Below, piece by piece: positions 51,301 to 63,727 of a stretch of DNA of 64,000 bases. A program made the position numbers and the translations under genes. The stretch covers positions 278,758-342,757 of the forward strand of contig JAQGDQ010000239.1 in assembly GCA_030141605.1 (NCBI GenBank), written 5' to 3'. Origin of the DNA: Tubiluchus corallicola (taxonomy: Eukaryota > Animalia > Priapulida). The notes under the pieces were generated by a model, which worked only from the letters and a program-made list of their open reading frames with translations, was not told the DNA's origin and did not search any database. Numbering within the stretch: position 1 is the stretch's first letter; the number at the start of each line of letters is the position of its first letter.

Positions 51301-53407
51301 AGAACGATTATTGATAATTGATAAATAAAACCAATGTCATCATTAGAATTTTTGATTGTCTTTTTTTTACCTAACTGCTTTAGGGTAGGTAGTGAAACTA
51401 TTTGCAGTTATTTAGCTGATCTGTCCTTTTTTCTTTTTAGTTCTGCTGTACTATAGAGATATTGTAAATACTAATAAGTTTTCAGCACTGTGCTGTGAAG
51501 TGTGAAGTTAATTAACAAGCATTTGTGGATTTTTAGAATATTTGTTGTATTCCTTGCTGCATTTGGTTTTGCTTGGGTCCCTGTAATGCAGAAAACAGCA
51601 GGTGGAGAATTAATGGATTACATTTTCTCAGTCACTACTTATCTTTCAACGCCTGTTAGTACTTTGTTTATCACTGCAGTTTTGTGGCCAAGATTAAATG
51701 AAAAAGTAAGTTTCATTTTGTAATTGATATTGTTCTGGCTTTACGAATGTTTTTATCAAATATTGTTAGTTTGTACACAATAAATGAAAGGTCGTTTTTG
51801 CTGTAAAAATGATTTCAGTTTAGCATGATTTTGCTATAACGTTTTACCTTGTTTCTTATTTCCATTGCAAATTCTAAGTTTACACAGCAGTTAGGTTTAT
51901 TTTTCCGTTTATTAGAAATTTCCTGACTCAACACATTGTGTCGATAATTTGGATAAACGTTAAAAGCTAAATACCTCTTAATAAGTCTTGTATTATAACA
52001 ACGACAGTCATTGGCTCATTGTGTATTTAAAAAATTGGGTAATGGGTATTTAAAAAATTCTAAAATGCATAAACAAGCTGTAGTGAGAAGCTTTGCACTA
52101 TAAATAGATAGCAATTGTACTTTCCCAACAAGATACAGCCAAACTGGTTTCTAGCATCTATTGTTTAGATCTTTTAATTTAAATTACACGTTCAGTTGTT
52201 AGTTATTTTTGTTTGTAGATAACTCGTACAATGATACTATTTCTGATATAGGCAGCATTTGGAGGATTTGTAGTTGGACTTGTATTTGGTTTTGCTCGAA
52301 TGCTAATTGACGTGATATTTCCCGCACCTCACTGTGGAGATGTGGATTTCAGGCCAGTTGGGATAGTGAAATTTTTGTCGGTGTTCCATTTTACTTACTA
52401 TTCTATGCTTATATTTGGTGTGGAGCTCGTAACTATGGTGGTCATTAGCATTTTAACTAAGCCAATGACTGTGAAAGAGGTAATGTATCAGCAATTAATG
52501 TGCACACCGAGAAGATCAAAGAAATATTAAAAAAAGATCGCAGTAGTTTGAGTTTATTTATTTGACTAATTTGTTAGTAGTAAGGTTTGGATTAAAATTT
52601 GTAGAACTTTGAATGTATTATAGAAAATTTCTAACCATCACAAGCAGCTGCAAGTACACATACTTTGAAATTCATTTTTTTAATTGATGCAGTTATAGTA
52701 ATACCAGAGTAAACTGGCTGAAGAGCCTGATTGCATTAAAGGCATACATAACATTAACACAAATATTTCAATAATAAAAAAAGGATATTTAGTCTTTGTC
52801 TAATTTCAACTTTAAGTGTAATTTGGTTGACTCTTTTTCAATTCTTCTTTGTCTGAACAAATTGCTTTAGTTTATTTTAAGAAAAAATTGTAGTGGAATC
52901 ATTTGCTTACTGCATTTGTTATCAAAAACTAACTTTTAATTACATAAATGTAAATAAAATTAAGCAAGTGACAGGGTAAATAGGTCTCCTTTGATGTCTC
53001 TTGCTTTAATTAAGCAGTTTTATTTTGCATTTCTTGCAAGTTTGTGGACTTGACCCAGCTGATATCAATGTATAACGTATGTTTCTCTTGTTACAGTTAG
53101 AAGGTGTAACATTTTTTACACGAAGAAAATCGACTGCAAAACTTGCTGTAATTACAGATTTGGCAACTGAAAAATTGCCCAACATTGATAAAGGTGAGGT
53201 AAACAAAGTTTTTTTGCATTGGTAGTTTGTATTGTTTATGCATTTTGTCTTGATAGTTAGTTTAGCAGTTTAGTACTAATACAGGAGCTTTTTACAGGTT
53301 CATTTTCCACATCGGAGCATGCAAGTTTATGGACAGGCACAGTTCTCAACATAAATGCTGCATTGACTTTTACTTTTGCTGTAGTTGTTATTTGTATTTT
53401 TGCATAA
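42395..53407 (+). CDS. SLC5 family sodium:solute symporter (SGLT/SMIT-like sugar or myo-inositol cotransporter), about 606 aa, 16 exons
   Basis: Exons 42395-42475, 42939-43010, 43201-43305, 44058-44117, 44892-44996, 45455-45560, 45928-46008, 46395-46444, 47680-47841, 48590-48725, 49269-49376, 49555-49705, 51537-51705, 52252-52479, 53097-53193, 53298-53407; phases consistent. Motifs [83 protein letters not shown]. Confidence 0.93.
46099..46218. repeat. About 120-bp near-perfect palindrome (fold-back MITE-like) in SLC5 intron 7
   Basis: AGTCTAAGAACCAATAAGCCCTAAACTTGTATATATGTGTATATAC pairs with GTATATACACATATATGCAAGTTTAGGACTCATTGGTTCTCAGACT; TA at both outer ends. Confidence 0.85.
50120..51260 (+). 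mobile_element. Decayed RTE-like LINE reverse transcriptase remnant in an SLC5 intron
   Basis: Broken frames give [69 protein letters not shown]. Confidence 0.75.
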
Positions 53408-56053
53408 TTGTGTACATAGTGCAATAAATTATTTTTTCAATCATTTGGCTAATTCATTTGTAATTCTGCCTTGCCTTATTTTAATTGTATTCCTAAGACT
53501 GTTCTGTGGAAGACATTTAATAAACCAAATGCATAACTTACTATTAAAAGTTTTCTCTTCATTAATCTACCGAGTAGTGTACTAAGTTCCAAAAAGTCCC
53601 GACTGCAAAAACTGCAGATCAAATTTTTTGCCAAATCAGAATTACAGCATGTAGTTCACTTCAGTTCTACAGTACTCAATCATTAATATCACGTTCTTTG
53701 CTTATAAACATTGCTTATCTGTGCTATATGTACATCCGGAAAAAGATTTTTGAAAAACACCCGCAATGGGTCGTAATACTTAAGAAAATACGTAAAACGT
53801 TTACAAACAATATAGGTAAGACATACTAATACTACGTTAGTTTCCAAACAACCTGTGTTCCAAGTTAACAACATAATTCTGCAGTGCTGTCAATCCAGTG
53901 CAAGTCCAAATATTATTTTAGTTTATTAACAAATGAACCTGAATGTCTGCAACACAGTCTCTGCAAGTGCAGTTTCATTTGTGCTAAAACTTGCACTCCC
54001 TCAAGGTAATTACATGATAAACATAAACTACCCCATTTGCCAATATAGTCCACACACCGAGAAAGGCATTTGATGTAAGCACTTTGAAATTATATGACAG
54101 AATGTAAACTAATTATCAATATTGTAACCACCTGGGGCATGTAAGAACTTTCCTATTGGTTAACTTTTATAAATTATACAAGGCAACACAAGACTTTCAA
54201 CAGTTGAACAGATTTTAATAGTAATAAAATGTACACAGTATAACACAGCTATAGTTAAAATAAGGTTCTAGTTTACCGGCAGCTTTGTTTAATTTAAACT
54301 CTGAATTAAATAACAAAGACATTCTCAACTATTAAAGTATTAGACATTGTTATCAGCAATGTGTTTGATAAAATTGACATAAATTCACAGCAGTGCAAGT
54401 AGCTTCAATTCACATGAGAGCCGTAATCTGAAATTTGACAATGTTCACTGTAAATAATTGCAGCTGATAATAAAATATGGTTAAGTGAAGAATACAGTAT
54501 TAACCTAGGAAGCACCATGGTAATTGTTTTCTCAAAAAATAACTTTTAGGCATCAATTTCAGCTCCAACTTGAATTTGATAAAACTTGTAATAGCTTTCA
54601 TTAAAAACGATAGCTGTAGACGAATACATTCAAAGCAAATGCTGATTTTTTTTACAACCCGTATTAAATTTCAGGTCCTGAAAAACTTCACTACAAGGCA
54701 ATCCATATTTGATAAGTGATAATGATTTCTTCGGCTTAAATAGAGTCAGTATATATTAATAATGAACAGTTCAAAGTGTTTGGAAGTAAAGGTTTGCTCA
54801 AGAAAAACAGTAATTAATGGAAACAGGATTTCGTCCAAATGAGTAAACAGGGATAATCAATTCCAACACAGTTACATTTTTAACACATTAAAATTAAATA
54901 AATGATAAGACGGCAAAAACTACACCTGACTCTCATAATCTAATAGGATTACACTGTTATTGCTATCAAGTTACATATACCTGCATATTTTCTCACAGAA
55001 ATTCCAATAGGAATTTGCTAATCACTATTATACTAACTGATATTTTGCAAACAGTCAAGACAAAGCACCCTAGAGAGAAATCTTAAAAACTGAAAAATCT
55101 AAAATAATCACTGTTTACTAACATATTTTCTTCCTAACTTTAAAACTGAGAAAAAACACTTGGTGAATTTTAAAGGAAAGAAGCAAGATAGGACACTCTA
55201 CAATCACACAATAGTTAACAATTCAATGATATCACACTCTTATGAGATCTACCATACACGTGCAGCAAATCGTAAAAAAGAAAAATCCATTACTGTACAA
55301 AGCCTAGTTTATATGAGGAAGGGACTAGGTTCTGCATTCAGAGCACGAGGAAATCTTGTAGTAGGAACACTGATCATTTCTAATGACTGAGATCAACAGT
55401 ATTTAAGCTGCAACCAATTAAATATGTCCACCATAAATATACAATCAGTCCTCATTGTTTTTCTAATTGTTTAAATTTAAATGCCCTAGAGTGAGATGCA
55501 ATTCATAATTGCTTTGCAGGTGCTACTTAGCTATGCAGAAGAATCGGTACTTTGTTGCTGTTACATGTCCATGATAGTAGCTTAAGAAACAAATAACAAC
55601 TTAATTAAATACTAATAGAAGTGACATAAATGTACGATTTACGCCAAAAGCACCAAAATTTTAAAACTAGACTAAATGCTGCAGATGTAATATTGCAGTT
55701 AAGTGAGGCAAATATAAAATGCAAATTAAAGCTGCTAAATGCTCTTAGTCTCCTGTACAGACTCACTAAGAGGGTAAGCTCACAAGCAATGATTTGAACT
55801 TTTTTATAAAAATAAACTTAAATTACTGATATACACAGCAAAAAATATGACAAATATTGAATTAGACAATACCAAATACCAGATAAAAGTCATCAGCAAA
55901 TAAAGCTGGCTTATTAGCCAAAATATGTACACAACAATGATTAAAGTTTTAATAACTTACCTCACATAATTGATTGTTACATTCGAACATACATGGCCTA
56001 AAATAGTTGCAGAGGCAACACCTTTGCAGTCACTCATTAGGGCTGGTTATTGA

Positions 56054-59000
56054 TTATGCAGTTGTTTGTCTACGCGGGCTATCAGCTGACCAGCTAATTG
56101 TGATCCTACCATCTTCATTATGACTAGATGACATACTGGAAGTTTCACTTTTATCTGTAGCAGTCCATGTTTTGAGATCGTTACTGGTCAGGTTATTGTC
56201 TTCTGATAAGCTACGATTGTGTTTCATAAGATCTAATGATCGCCGTTTTTCTTCTTCGCTGTGACTACGTTCAACTTTAATACTTGTATTTGCAATTTTT
56301 CCTTCTTCTGCACTGGATGCCCGACCGATATGCGGCCTCTTCATGTCTTCATCAGGAAAACTTTCTGATTTCCTAACCGATTTATCACTAATTCGCTTGT
56401 CTTTAGATGTCATTTCTAACGATTCAGCTAAAGACACACTACCACGACAAACAGTAGTAATGTCAGCTTTATTCACTTCTCCGTTCTGCGCAGGTGTTGG
56501 CGTTTCAGGTTCAGTGCCAACCTCTTTGCGCGAACGTGATTTTTCTACCCGTTTGGCTATGTTTCCAATTTTTAAGCCAATCCCTTTGCCCTTCTCTCTG
56601 AATGATTTTTCCAGTTTTTCAGTAACATCAGGGGTATGTTCTTCTGAAATTGATGCCAGTAAAGTCTGCTTACTGCTTGAAGCTGTATCATCACTGACAA
56701 TTGGTGTTATATCATCTGAAATGGAAGCAAAAAATTTTGATTGCACAGTTCTCCATCACTTTTATTCTCTTTTGAGAGACTACAATGGCAAAATGGTTGT
56801 TTCTTAATTATCTGGTTATTACAGCCCAGATGCAAGTGCCATATAATAACTGTTGTACCATACCACTGAATAAATTTCAAATTAGGGCCTATGCCACTAG
56901 TTGAGAACAGTACATTATCATAAACATGTGTACAGATTTATATGCATGCCTAAAATTAGGGATATAATTCTATGAAAAACATATATTACAAGGAGATTGT
57001 TTTGATGGATAACTCTAACTTTGATTCTAGCATGTGTCATTAACGGACAGATACTTCCATTTTTTTCACAAACTGGCAAAGAAATGAATCATTTAAGTTA
57101 ATTTTTGTCTTTTTACATAACTGCTATGGTACTTTAAACATATTTATTTTACAACCGTTGGACACTACAGTAAAATTGACACAAAAAGTTCTCTGTTACA
57201 AAGATAACACAAATGCAGTACTCGAAAGACAAAGTGTATAGTTACTATCTACGTAACAATTAGAGAAGCGTATCATTGTGCATGACAGAAAAAGACAGTC
57301 ACTTTCTAATAAGTATGAGGTAAACAAATGAACAGTAATATAACATTATCAACTGAACATATTGAATTTAGTTTAAGTTAAAACACTTAGTTTCTCTAAT
57401 ATAATTATGCACAATTTTGCAAAATCCAAACTGCGTCCTGATGTGATGGATTGGTTAAGAGCTTTTACCAAACGAATAAAACTTAGGAGTTTTAACAAAA
57501 TTTAAGTATGATTTAATCTAACACTAGAATAGATTTACGGAAGATGAATTTTTAATGCAATCTCTCAATCCCAAATGCACAGCAGAAGGGAAGAAACTAT
57601 TTTTAGATGCTTCTGCCGCAACAATAAACAACTAAACATGATCAGAATTTCGAAGGCTATAATTAGTAATATCACAAATGTGCTGGGGTAAAATAATACT
57701 GAGATAGTTCGGACTATAATATTGTTGATAATTTTATGCAATAGACATTATGCAGTAATAATTGGTGATGTCTGCACCAGTAAAACTTTTATTTAAGTTT
57801 TTTTTAAATAGTAATGAACTTCTAGTTTGCAGTGCAGTTATCAGTGATTCGATTACTGTTCTTCATACAGACCCACACTGCAAATGGGGATATAATACTC
57901 AATGGCAGGACCTATTTAAAGTAGATTGTAGTGAGGTTTAAAGTTAGCCTATTATCAAGGATATCTTAGGCACATTCAGGATGTCAGAGGCATTGCCAAG
58001 GCACTGTCTTTACTAAGAAAGCCACTGTCATGCAGTAGTGTTTAGTACTTATTTTCTGAATATTCTTGGGGCAAAAACTACAAACTAAACTAAATGCTCT
58101 GAGGACACATATAACTTCAAAAGTTTTCTTGAGAGGGATACCATAAAACGTAAAAAAATATAGTAAAATGATATCATAGATGGGATTTTTAATTTAACTC
58201 AATGTAAAAACCTTAAATATGACCTTTAAAAAGTGCTGCCTTCAGATACTACATACATACTAGCAAAAAACCTTGTTATTAAGTATATTTTTGTTACAAC
58301 ATCTTAGAACAATTGTAATCATCTGATAACCTGAGTTTCAACAGCGAAATTCAAATACAGAGCAACACTGACAAAAAGTAAAGCTCATACCTGGTAGTTT
58401 CTTAGCCCTAAAAGAAGCATTTGTTAGTAAAGTTAGTGACCCTCTGCGACTTGCAGCTGTTGATACAGTTGAAGTTCCCATGGGACCATCTTTTACTGCC
58501 TCAGTTGTCTTTAGTTTGTAAGAGTTTGTCATTGCATTTGTAACCTAAAAATATTACTGTTTTTATTATGCCTTTATGGATTATTTTCACTTCACACAAA
58601 AAATACATGTGCCGGCACTTACGTTATTAGCAGGTATTACATTTAATTTATGTTTACATGATACCTTGCCCTTTAAGTTAGTATCACAATGTTAATATTT
58701 GAAAATTAAAGTAACATTTTACCATCAAAACATCTGCTAAAAGTTCTAGACTTGCTCGTGCATGTATTAACTTCACAGCGTTTAATACTTCAAGTGATAA
58801 ACCATTATACCTACAAATAATTAAATGTAAAAGAGCTCAAAATATCAAAATCACAAAAGTGAATAAAACAAAATTTGATTACAAAATGAAATGGTGACTG
58901 TCAATTAAATGGGCATATTTTTGAAATGGAAATAACTACTGTAAATTGCACTCTGTACAGGACTTCATAGTAGAGTGTTAACAAAACTGTGCATTAAACC

Positions 59001-61516
59001 ACTAACATTGCATACTAACTATCTTTCTAAAAACTCTTTGAAGTTTCATTTTGGAAAGACAACAGATTAAAAACAAACTAAGGTACAAAGTTTTTCTCAG
59101 TAGACCTTTTTCAAAACCTCCATGCCTGTCAGTGGCATCTCGAAAAAAGCACTTTCGAGGCAACCCAACTCATTTACCTGTGATTGCCATATTGTTCATT
59201 GAACTTTGCCAGCAATTTTTAGCTGTAATAATGACTACAAAGATTATCAGTGGTGATAATAAAGATAAGAACTTTTATGCTATTATATTGTTATATACGT
59301 TAGAATACAGTATAGTTGAAAAAGATTTGTGTAAAAAATGAAAAATTCAGTAGATTGTGCTGCAACTATTAACAAGCCATTATAAAAAAGATGGCATCAA
59401 TTTTACTAAAAGTGAGTTATCCACCATTTACCTTATTTTTATTCAATAAGTGTATAATTTATAGCTGAACAATGTATTTTTCTGAATCACTGTAAATTTT
59501 TTGATACTTGAGACATGTTCTTTTACGTGAAAAATTCCGAAACCAACCTTCTTCCTATATTATTAGTGGCCATTTGAAAGACTTTTCAAAACTCACTGTC
59601 GCTGTGTTTATGATCCTATCCCAATGTTGATCAATTTCATAAAACAGCAGCAAGTATCATTTCCTCATGTCTGTTCGGAAACTAGTTTCACAAAATGAAA
59701 TTATTCAAAGTTCGATTTACAACAGAACATAAACCAATTTCACCGACAGGTTGATGTGACCATAACAACTTTCATAGAGTGCGTGAAACCTTCAAATAGT
59801 TTGCATGCCCTCAGACAATTTAAAGCAGAATCAAATCTGGTTTTTGCTGACATTATGAGTTTCCTAAGATTATAAAAAAATGTAAATCAAGAAGTTCGTT
59901 TGTGTAAGTTCTGTGGCAACTTGAACTGCATGCCTACAGATACAATCAATACAAAATCATTGGTCAGGCTACCAGAGAATGAGCCAGTGCTGCATTTGCT
60001 GTAGTTGTGCGCAATCTCATGAAAAAGGTTTATTCGAGGCTTTAGTCATAAGACATTAATTAATAAAAAACTTTGACTTAGTCAATTCATGCACAATTCA
60101 TTCTAGTATATTCCAGTAAAACCTCATGATGAACTATTGTGCATTTTCAGTCTTACACTTTTCACTTTTTCCAAAATGTACTCACTTGTTATCACTGCCA
60201 CCTTGAATTCAGTGACCAAGCCTGTCGATAAAGAATTCATTCTAGTATATCTGTGCAAAGTTACATGATGATCCGTTGCAAGTTGACAGACAGAGTCTTA
60301 CGCATTTACAAAAATGATGTCATCGCTGTCAACTTGAATTCGAAATGGCAGATCGAAAGTCCTATTCTATCAATTGATGTGGATTTTGTTTCAGTATATT
60401 TTTATAAAGTTATATGATGATCCATTTAGGATTAACATAGCTTTATGCTTTTTTCGAAAATAATATTATTGCTGCCATCTTGAACTCAAAAAGGCCGATC
60501 GAAAATCAGACTTTGTCACTCAATGCGTAATTAGTGCTAGTATATTCCTATAAAGTTCTATCCAAATGCAACTTGACCAAGCCTTAGGTCTTTTTTGAAA
60601 ATGATGTTACAGCCGTTATCTTGAATTCAAAATGTCGAACTGAAAATTCGACTCCATCAGGCCAAAATTAATTTTAGTATATTCATGTGAAGTTTCACGA
60701 TGACACATCGCAAATTCAAAGAACTTTAGATTTCGTTGGAAAGGTCAATTCCAAACAATAATAATAAGAAGAACAACAACAAGAACACCATCTAGATGGG
60801 TCAAGGCTCGACCAAAATTTTAGTTATCCTCATATTTGTCTAGAGAATAAAGCAGTCAAGGAACAGTGTGTTAAAATAGCATTTTAAATTTTTAGAACCA
60901 CTGCATGCTTGGTCTAATTCTAGATTCTAAATGCATTTTAATACACTTACATAACATAATATAAGCACTGCAATAAAGAAAGAAGAAATCTAGAATCAAC
61001 AACAATGCGATAGTGCCTTGTCACTGGGGTGTGTTGATTATCACAAGATTGCAATGAAGACGACTTAGAAGACAGCTTACTATTTGACAGGCTTGCACCG
61101 GCATTTCCCCCTGGCAATGACACTCTGCAAAAAACAGATGTTTAACAATGGCTCTAAAGTTCAATAAAAACCACAAGTTCTATTTACAAAAAGAAATGAA
61201 ACCGCTAGGATACAAATGTCTATAATAAAGTCTTATATGGAAGTATGTAAGTGTGAAAATGTATGAGGTTCGTCTTTGCAAAAAATCAGAGCTGTTCAGC
61301 TCACGTGCATTACACATTTTCAGTTCTGTTGTTTACATCTATATTTACTTATCTACTCAAATAAGAGTCTCAAATATATCTCAACCTCAAAAAATAGTCG
61401 GTAAAATTAAGCTTGCATACCTTGTAGCCATGTGGCACAAAGAATGAAAGGAATCTGATGTCATATTACTGATGTCAGAATAATAACAGTCTAACAGCTT
61501 GGATAAAATTAAGAAC
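56054..61516 (-). CDS. HYCC1: Hyccin (FAM126/HYCC, PI4KIII-alpha complex subunit), five 3' exons on the minus strand
   Basis: Exons 61516-61421, 61124-60951, 58810-58723, 58544-58391, 56715-56054 join in frame: FLILSKLLDCYYSDISNMTSDSFHSLCHMATRVSLPG...YRIVVDSRFLLSLLQCLYYVMYNGLSLEVLNAVKLIHARASLELLADVLMVTNAMTNS...TNASFRAKKLPDDITP, then a Ser/Glu/Lys-rich disordered tail. This matches the hyccin domain C-terminal half; the gene is likely co-orthologous to HYCC1 and HYCC2. Confidence 0.88.
60030..60815 (+). mobile_element. Helentron-associated (HINE/DINE-1-like) element with internal tandem repeats
   Basis: Five degenerate units of about 140-150 bp (AGTATAT..AAGTT.CATGATG...CTTGAATTC), starting near 60105, 60244, 60393, 60539 and 60676. 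Then an AAT/AAG/AAC microsatellite and a short 3' hairpin GGTCAAGGCTCGACC. Confidence 0.55.
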
Positions 61517-61571
61517 CTAAACAAATATAGACATATCATTCTCAAGTAGCATCACTAAGAAAAGTGAAAAG
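61148..61571. repeat. Left arm of a long inverted repeat (contains hyccin exon 61421-61516)
   Basis: Reverse complement of 63577-64000 with no net indel (paired coordinates sum to 125148 at both ends). One substitution noticed (Cys vs Arg in the twin shadow ORFs). Confidence 0.97.
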
Positions 61572-61714
61572 AGCCCTTCAAACAATTTATACTAATAGAA
61601 ACTTGTTTATTCAATTTTTAAAATAAGTGATTCAGTTATATTTACCAGTTGATGTTAAGCTGTTAATGATTATAGTCTGTGTATACATGACTCGTTGACT
61701 AATTATCATTGTAG

Positions 61715-63727
61715 GTGGTCAGTAAAAATGGGTCATCAACCAAATCAACATTCCGGATACCAGTTCTTTCACAACCTTCAGTTTATCATGAAGTAAGTTT
61801 TAGGGTATTACCATGTTGTAGTGGATAAGCATTTTCATATTTCAAATATAATTTCTTTGTTTTTCCAACTATGTCTTGACATTAAGCATATAACTAATTA
61901 GAACAAAGTGTAATCAGTTGTTATCGAGTGTTTTCTGTAGTTATGTTATGTTCATTTATTATTTGTGTCTAGTTAGTATTAAGAACTAATCTCAAACGTA
62001 CCATTATTGTTATTTATGAAATCTCAAAATTGTGCTATCAAGTGGACATTGCGGATGACAGTATGCTGTTAAATTATTAAGAGCACATTTTTCTTGCCAT
62101 CAATTTAGTTAAATTCTTCTGCTAGAAAATATAACGTTTCTCATTTGATTATGGCACTTATGATGGCATAATAAATTTTTAACTCGATGCGTGCTGGAGC
62201 AGTTTTTATGAGTTACATGACTTTGTTAAGGAGGAATTACTTAATACAGTAGGTGCCGCTTAATATACTCACGGTTAATAGACTAAATCACTTAACTGAC
62301 TCAAACGCCTGGAACAGACCGCTTCTATTCAAATATACAACCTCTGAGCGAGAAAATTAGGCAGCCGACTTTGAAGGAATTTTTGTAATTTTTCCAAATA
62401 AACAGACTTAGAAAAGTCAGTGATTTAGAAAAGTATACTTTTTAATTTATTGCTTATTCACTTATATAAATTAATATTGTAAAATATTGTTTCTAATTTT
62501 TAAGCGCACAAAGGAATTTAGGCATTACTTCGTTTCTAAAATTCATTAAAACCTTTGCAGTGCATCATAAGCTAATGATGACTCATACTTCTGTAATACG
62601 ACACCCATCGGTTAATAGGTTCAGTCGGTTATCTGAGTCAAAGCACGTCGGTCCCAAAGTGAGTCTATTAAGCGGTGTCTACTGTAGTAGGAATTAAAGT
62701 GGTTCTACATCTACTTATATGAATAATAGATAAAACAAAAAATAAATAAATAAAAATAGACGAATTCGTTTCTTGTATTTATGAGTCAATTTAAAACAGT
62801 GATTGCTTAATTTTTCTGCTTAATAACGAAACTCTCGTAAAAACTGGTTTGGTTAGCTTAAAATTTCCAAATGAATTTTGCATTGTGTCACATGAACTTA
62901 TCACAGACTTGCATTTAGAATTTTTTCAAATCTTACAGAAAATAGCAGCTGAGCCTGGTACTCTCACAGAACATGCTTTATCTAGATACGAACAAAAGGA
63001 GCCACGAATAGTGACTCTTAAATCATTTCCTGTGATTGAAAATATTACTGCTAGCAGCAGGTAAGTGCTTAGGTGTAAAAACCAGTTCTGTTATCTTGAT
63101 ACCTTTTCATTTAATCTAAAAACAAGTTTCAGTACATCAACATGCTAAAGTGTTTTAACAAATATTAACCCAAAAATAAACAGTTTGTCTACCAATCATC
63201 AGAATACTCTTTAACTATTAATTGCTAGGGTATTACAAATATTTGTGGTCTTGATTTTTGAGAATAATAGTTAATAATGGAATAAACGACAGTTATGGAA
63301 ATTTTTGATACCAATTTAACTGAAAGAAAAGAAATGTGAAACCTCAGTACTAAATTTGGATTTACCAGCCTTTTCAAGTGTTAGTTTGCTCATGCTAAAG
63401 CCATAGCTAATTAGATTATTTTTTGTTATCAATTTAGACTCTGGAATGATCCATCAGTAATTAAATAATTATTTTTGAAATATTTTAAGCCATTCACTTT
63501 TGCAATAAATTGGGTATACTTTCAATCTGGAAAATTGTTCAACTACATTTATTTACACTTGGTGAAGAATTGCGGCCTTTTCACTTTTCTTAGTGATGCT
63601 ACTTGAGAATGATATGTCTATATTTGTTTAGGTTCTTAATTTTATCCAAGCTGTTAGACTGTTATTATTCTGACATCAGTAATATGACATCAGATTCCTT
63701 TCATTCTTTGTGCCACATGGCTACAAG
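61715..63727 (+). CDS. HYCC1: Hyccin internal exons on the PLUS strand (inverted relative to the 3' exons)
   Basis: Exons 61715-61792 (VVSKNGSSTKSTFRIPVLSQPSVYHE), 62939-63060 (KIAAEPGTLTEHALSRYEQKEPRIVTLKSFPVIENITASSR) and 63632-63727 (FLILSKLLDCYY...MATR) have canonical AG/GT sites and join in frame. They match hyccin ..F.IPSLSKPSVYHE..LTE.AL....TAQNRF. Confidence 0.88.
62247..62684. mobile_element. Short (internally deleted) copy of the pogo/Tigger-like element at 4171-5087
   Basis: Same TIRs (CAGTAGGTGCCGCTTAATA... / ...GTGAGTCTATTAAGCGGTGTCTACTG), TA TSD, and a homologous 3' half. It lacks roughly 480 bp of the interior. Confidence 0.9.

Noticed and set aside
56716-56746. The ORF-track start (MQSKFFASIS) of the 230-aa ORF as an independent gene
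   Set aside because: This part is the polypyrimidine tract and acceptor. The real exon starts at 56715 and continues hyccin KKLP-DDIT.
59178-59234. Candidate extra minus-strand hyccin exon
   Set aside because: Its open frame is phase 1-1, which does not fit the flanking phase-2 junction. The flanking exons already join in frame.
60100-60720. Regularly spaced repeats resembling a CRISPR array
   Set aside because: The units are degenerate along their whole ~145-bp length with no unique spacers, the context is a eukaryotic intron, and there are no cas genes.
61253-61447. Twin 64-aa ORFs (61253-61447 plus and 63701-63895 minus) that look like a duplicated small gene
   Set aside because: They are antisense shadow ORFs over hyccin intron/exon sequence within the inverted repeat. 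They start at GTG and have no recognisable motif.
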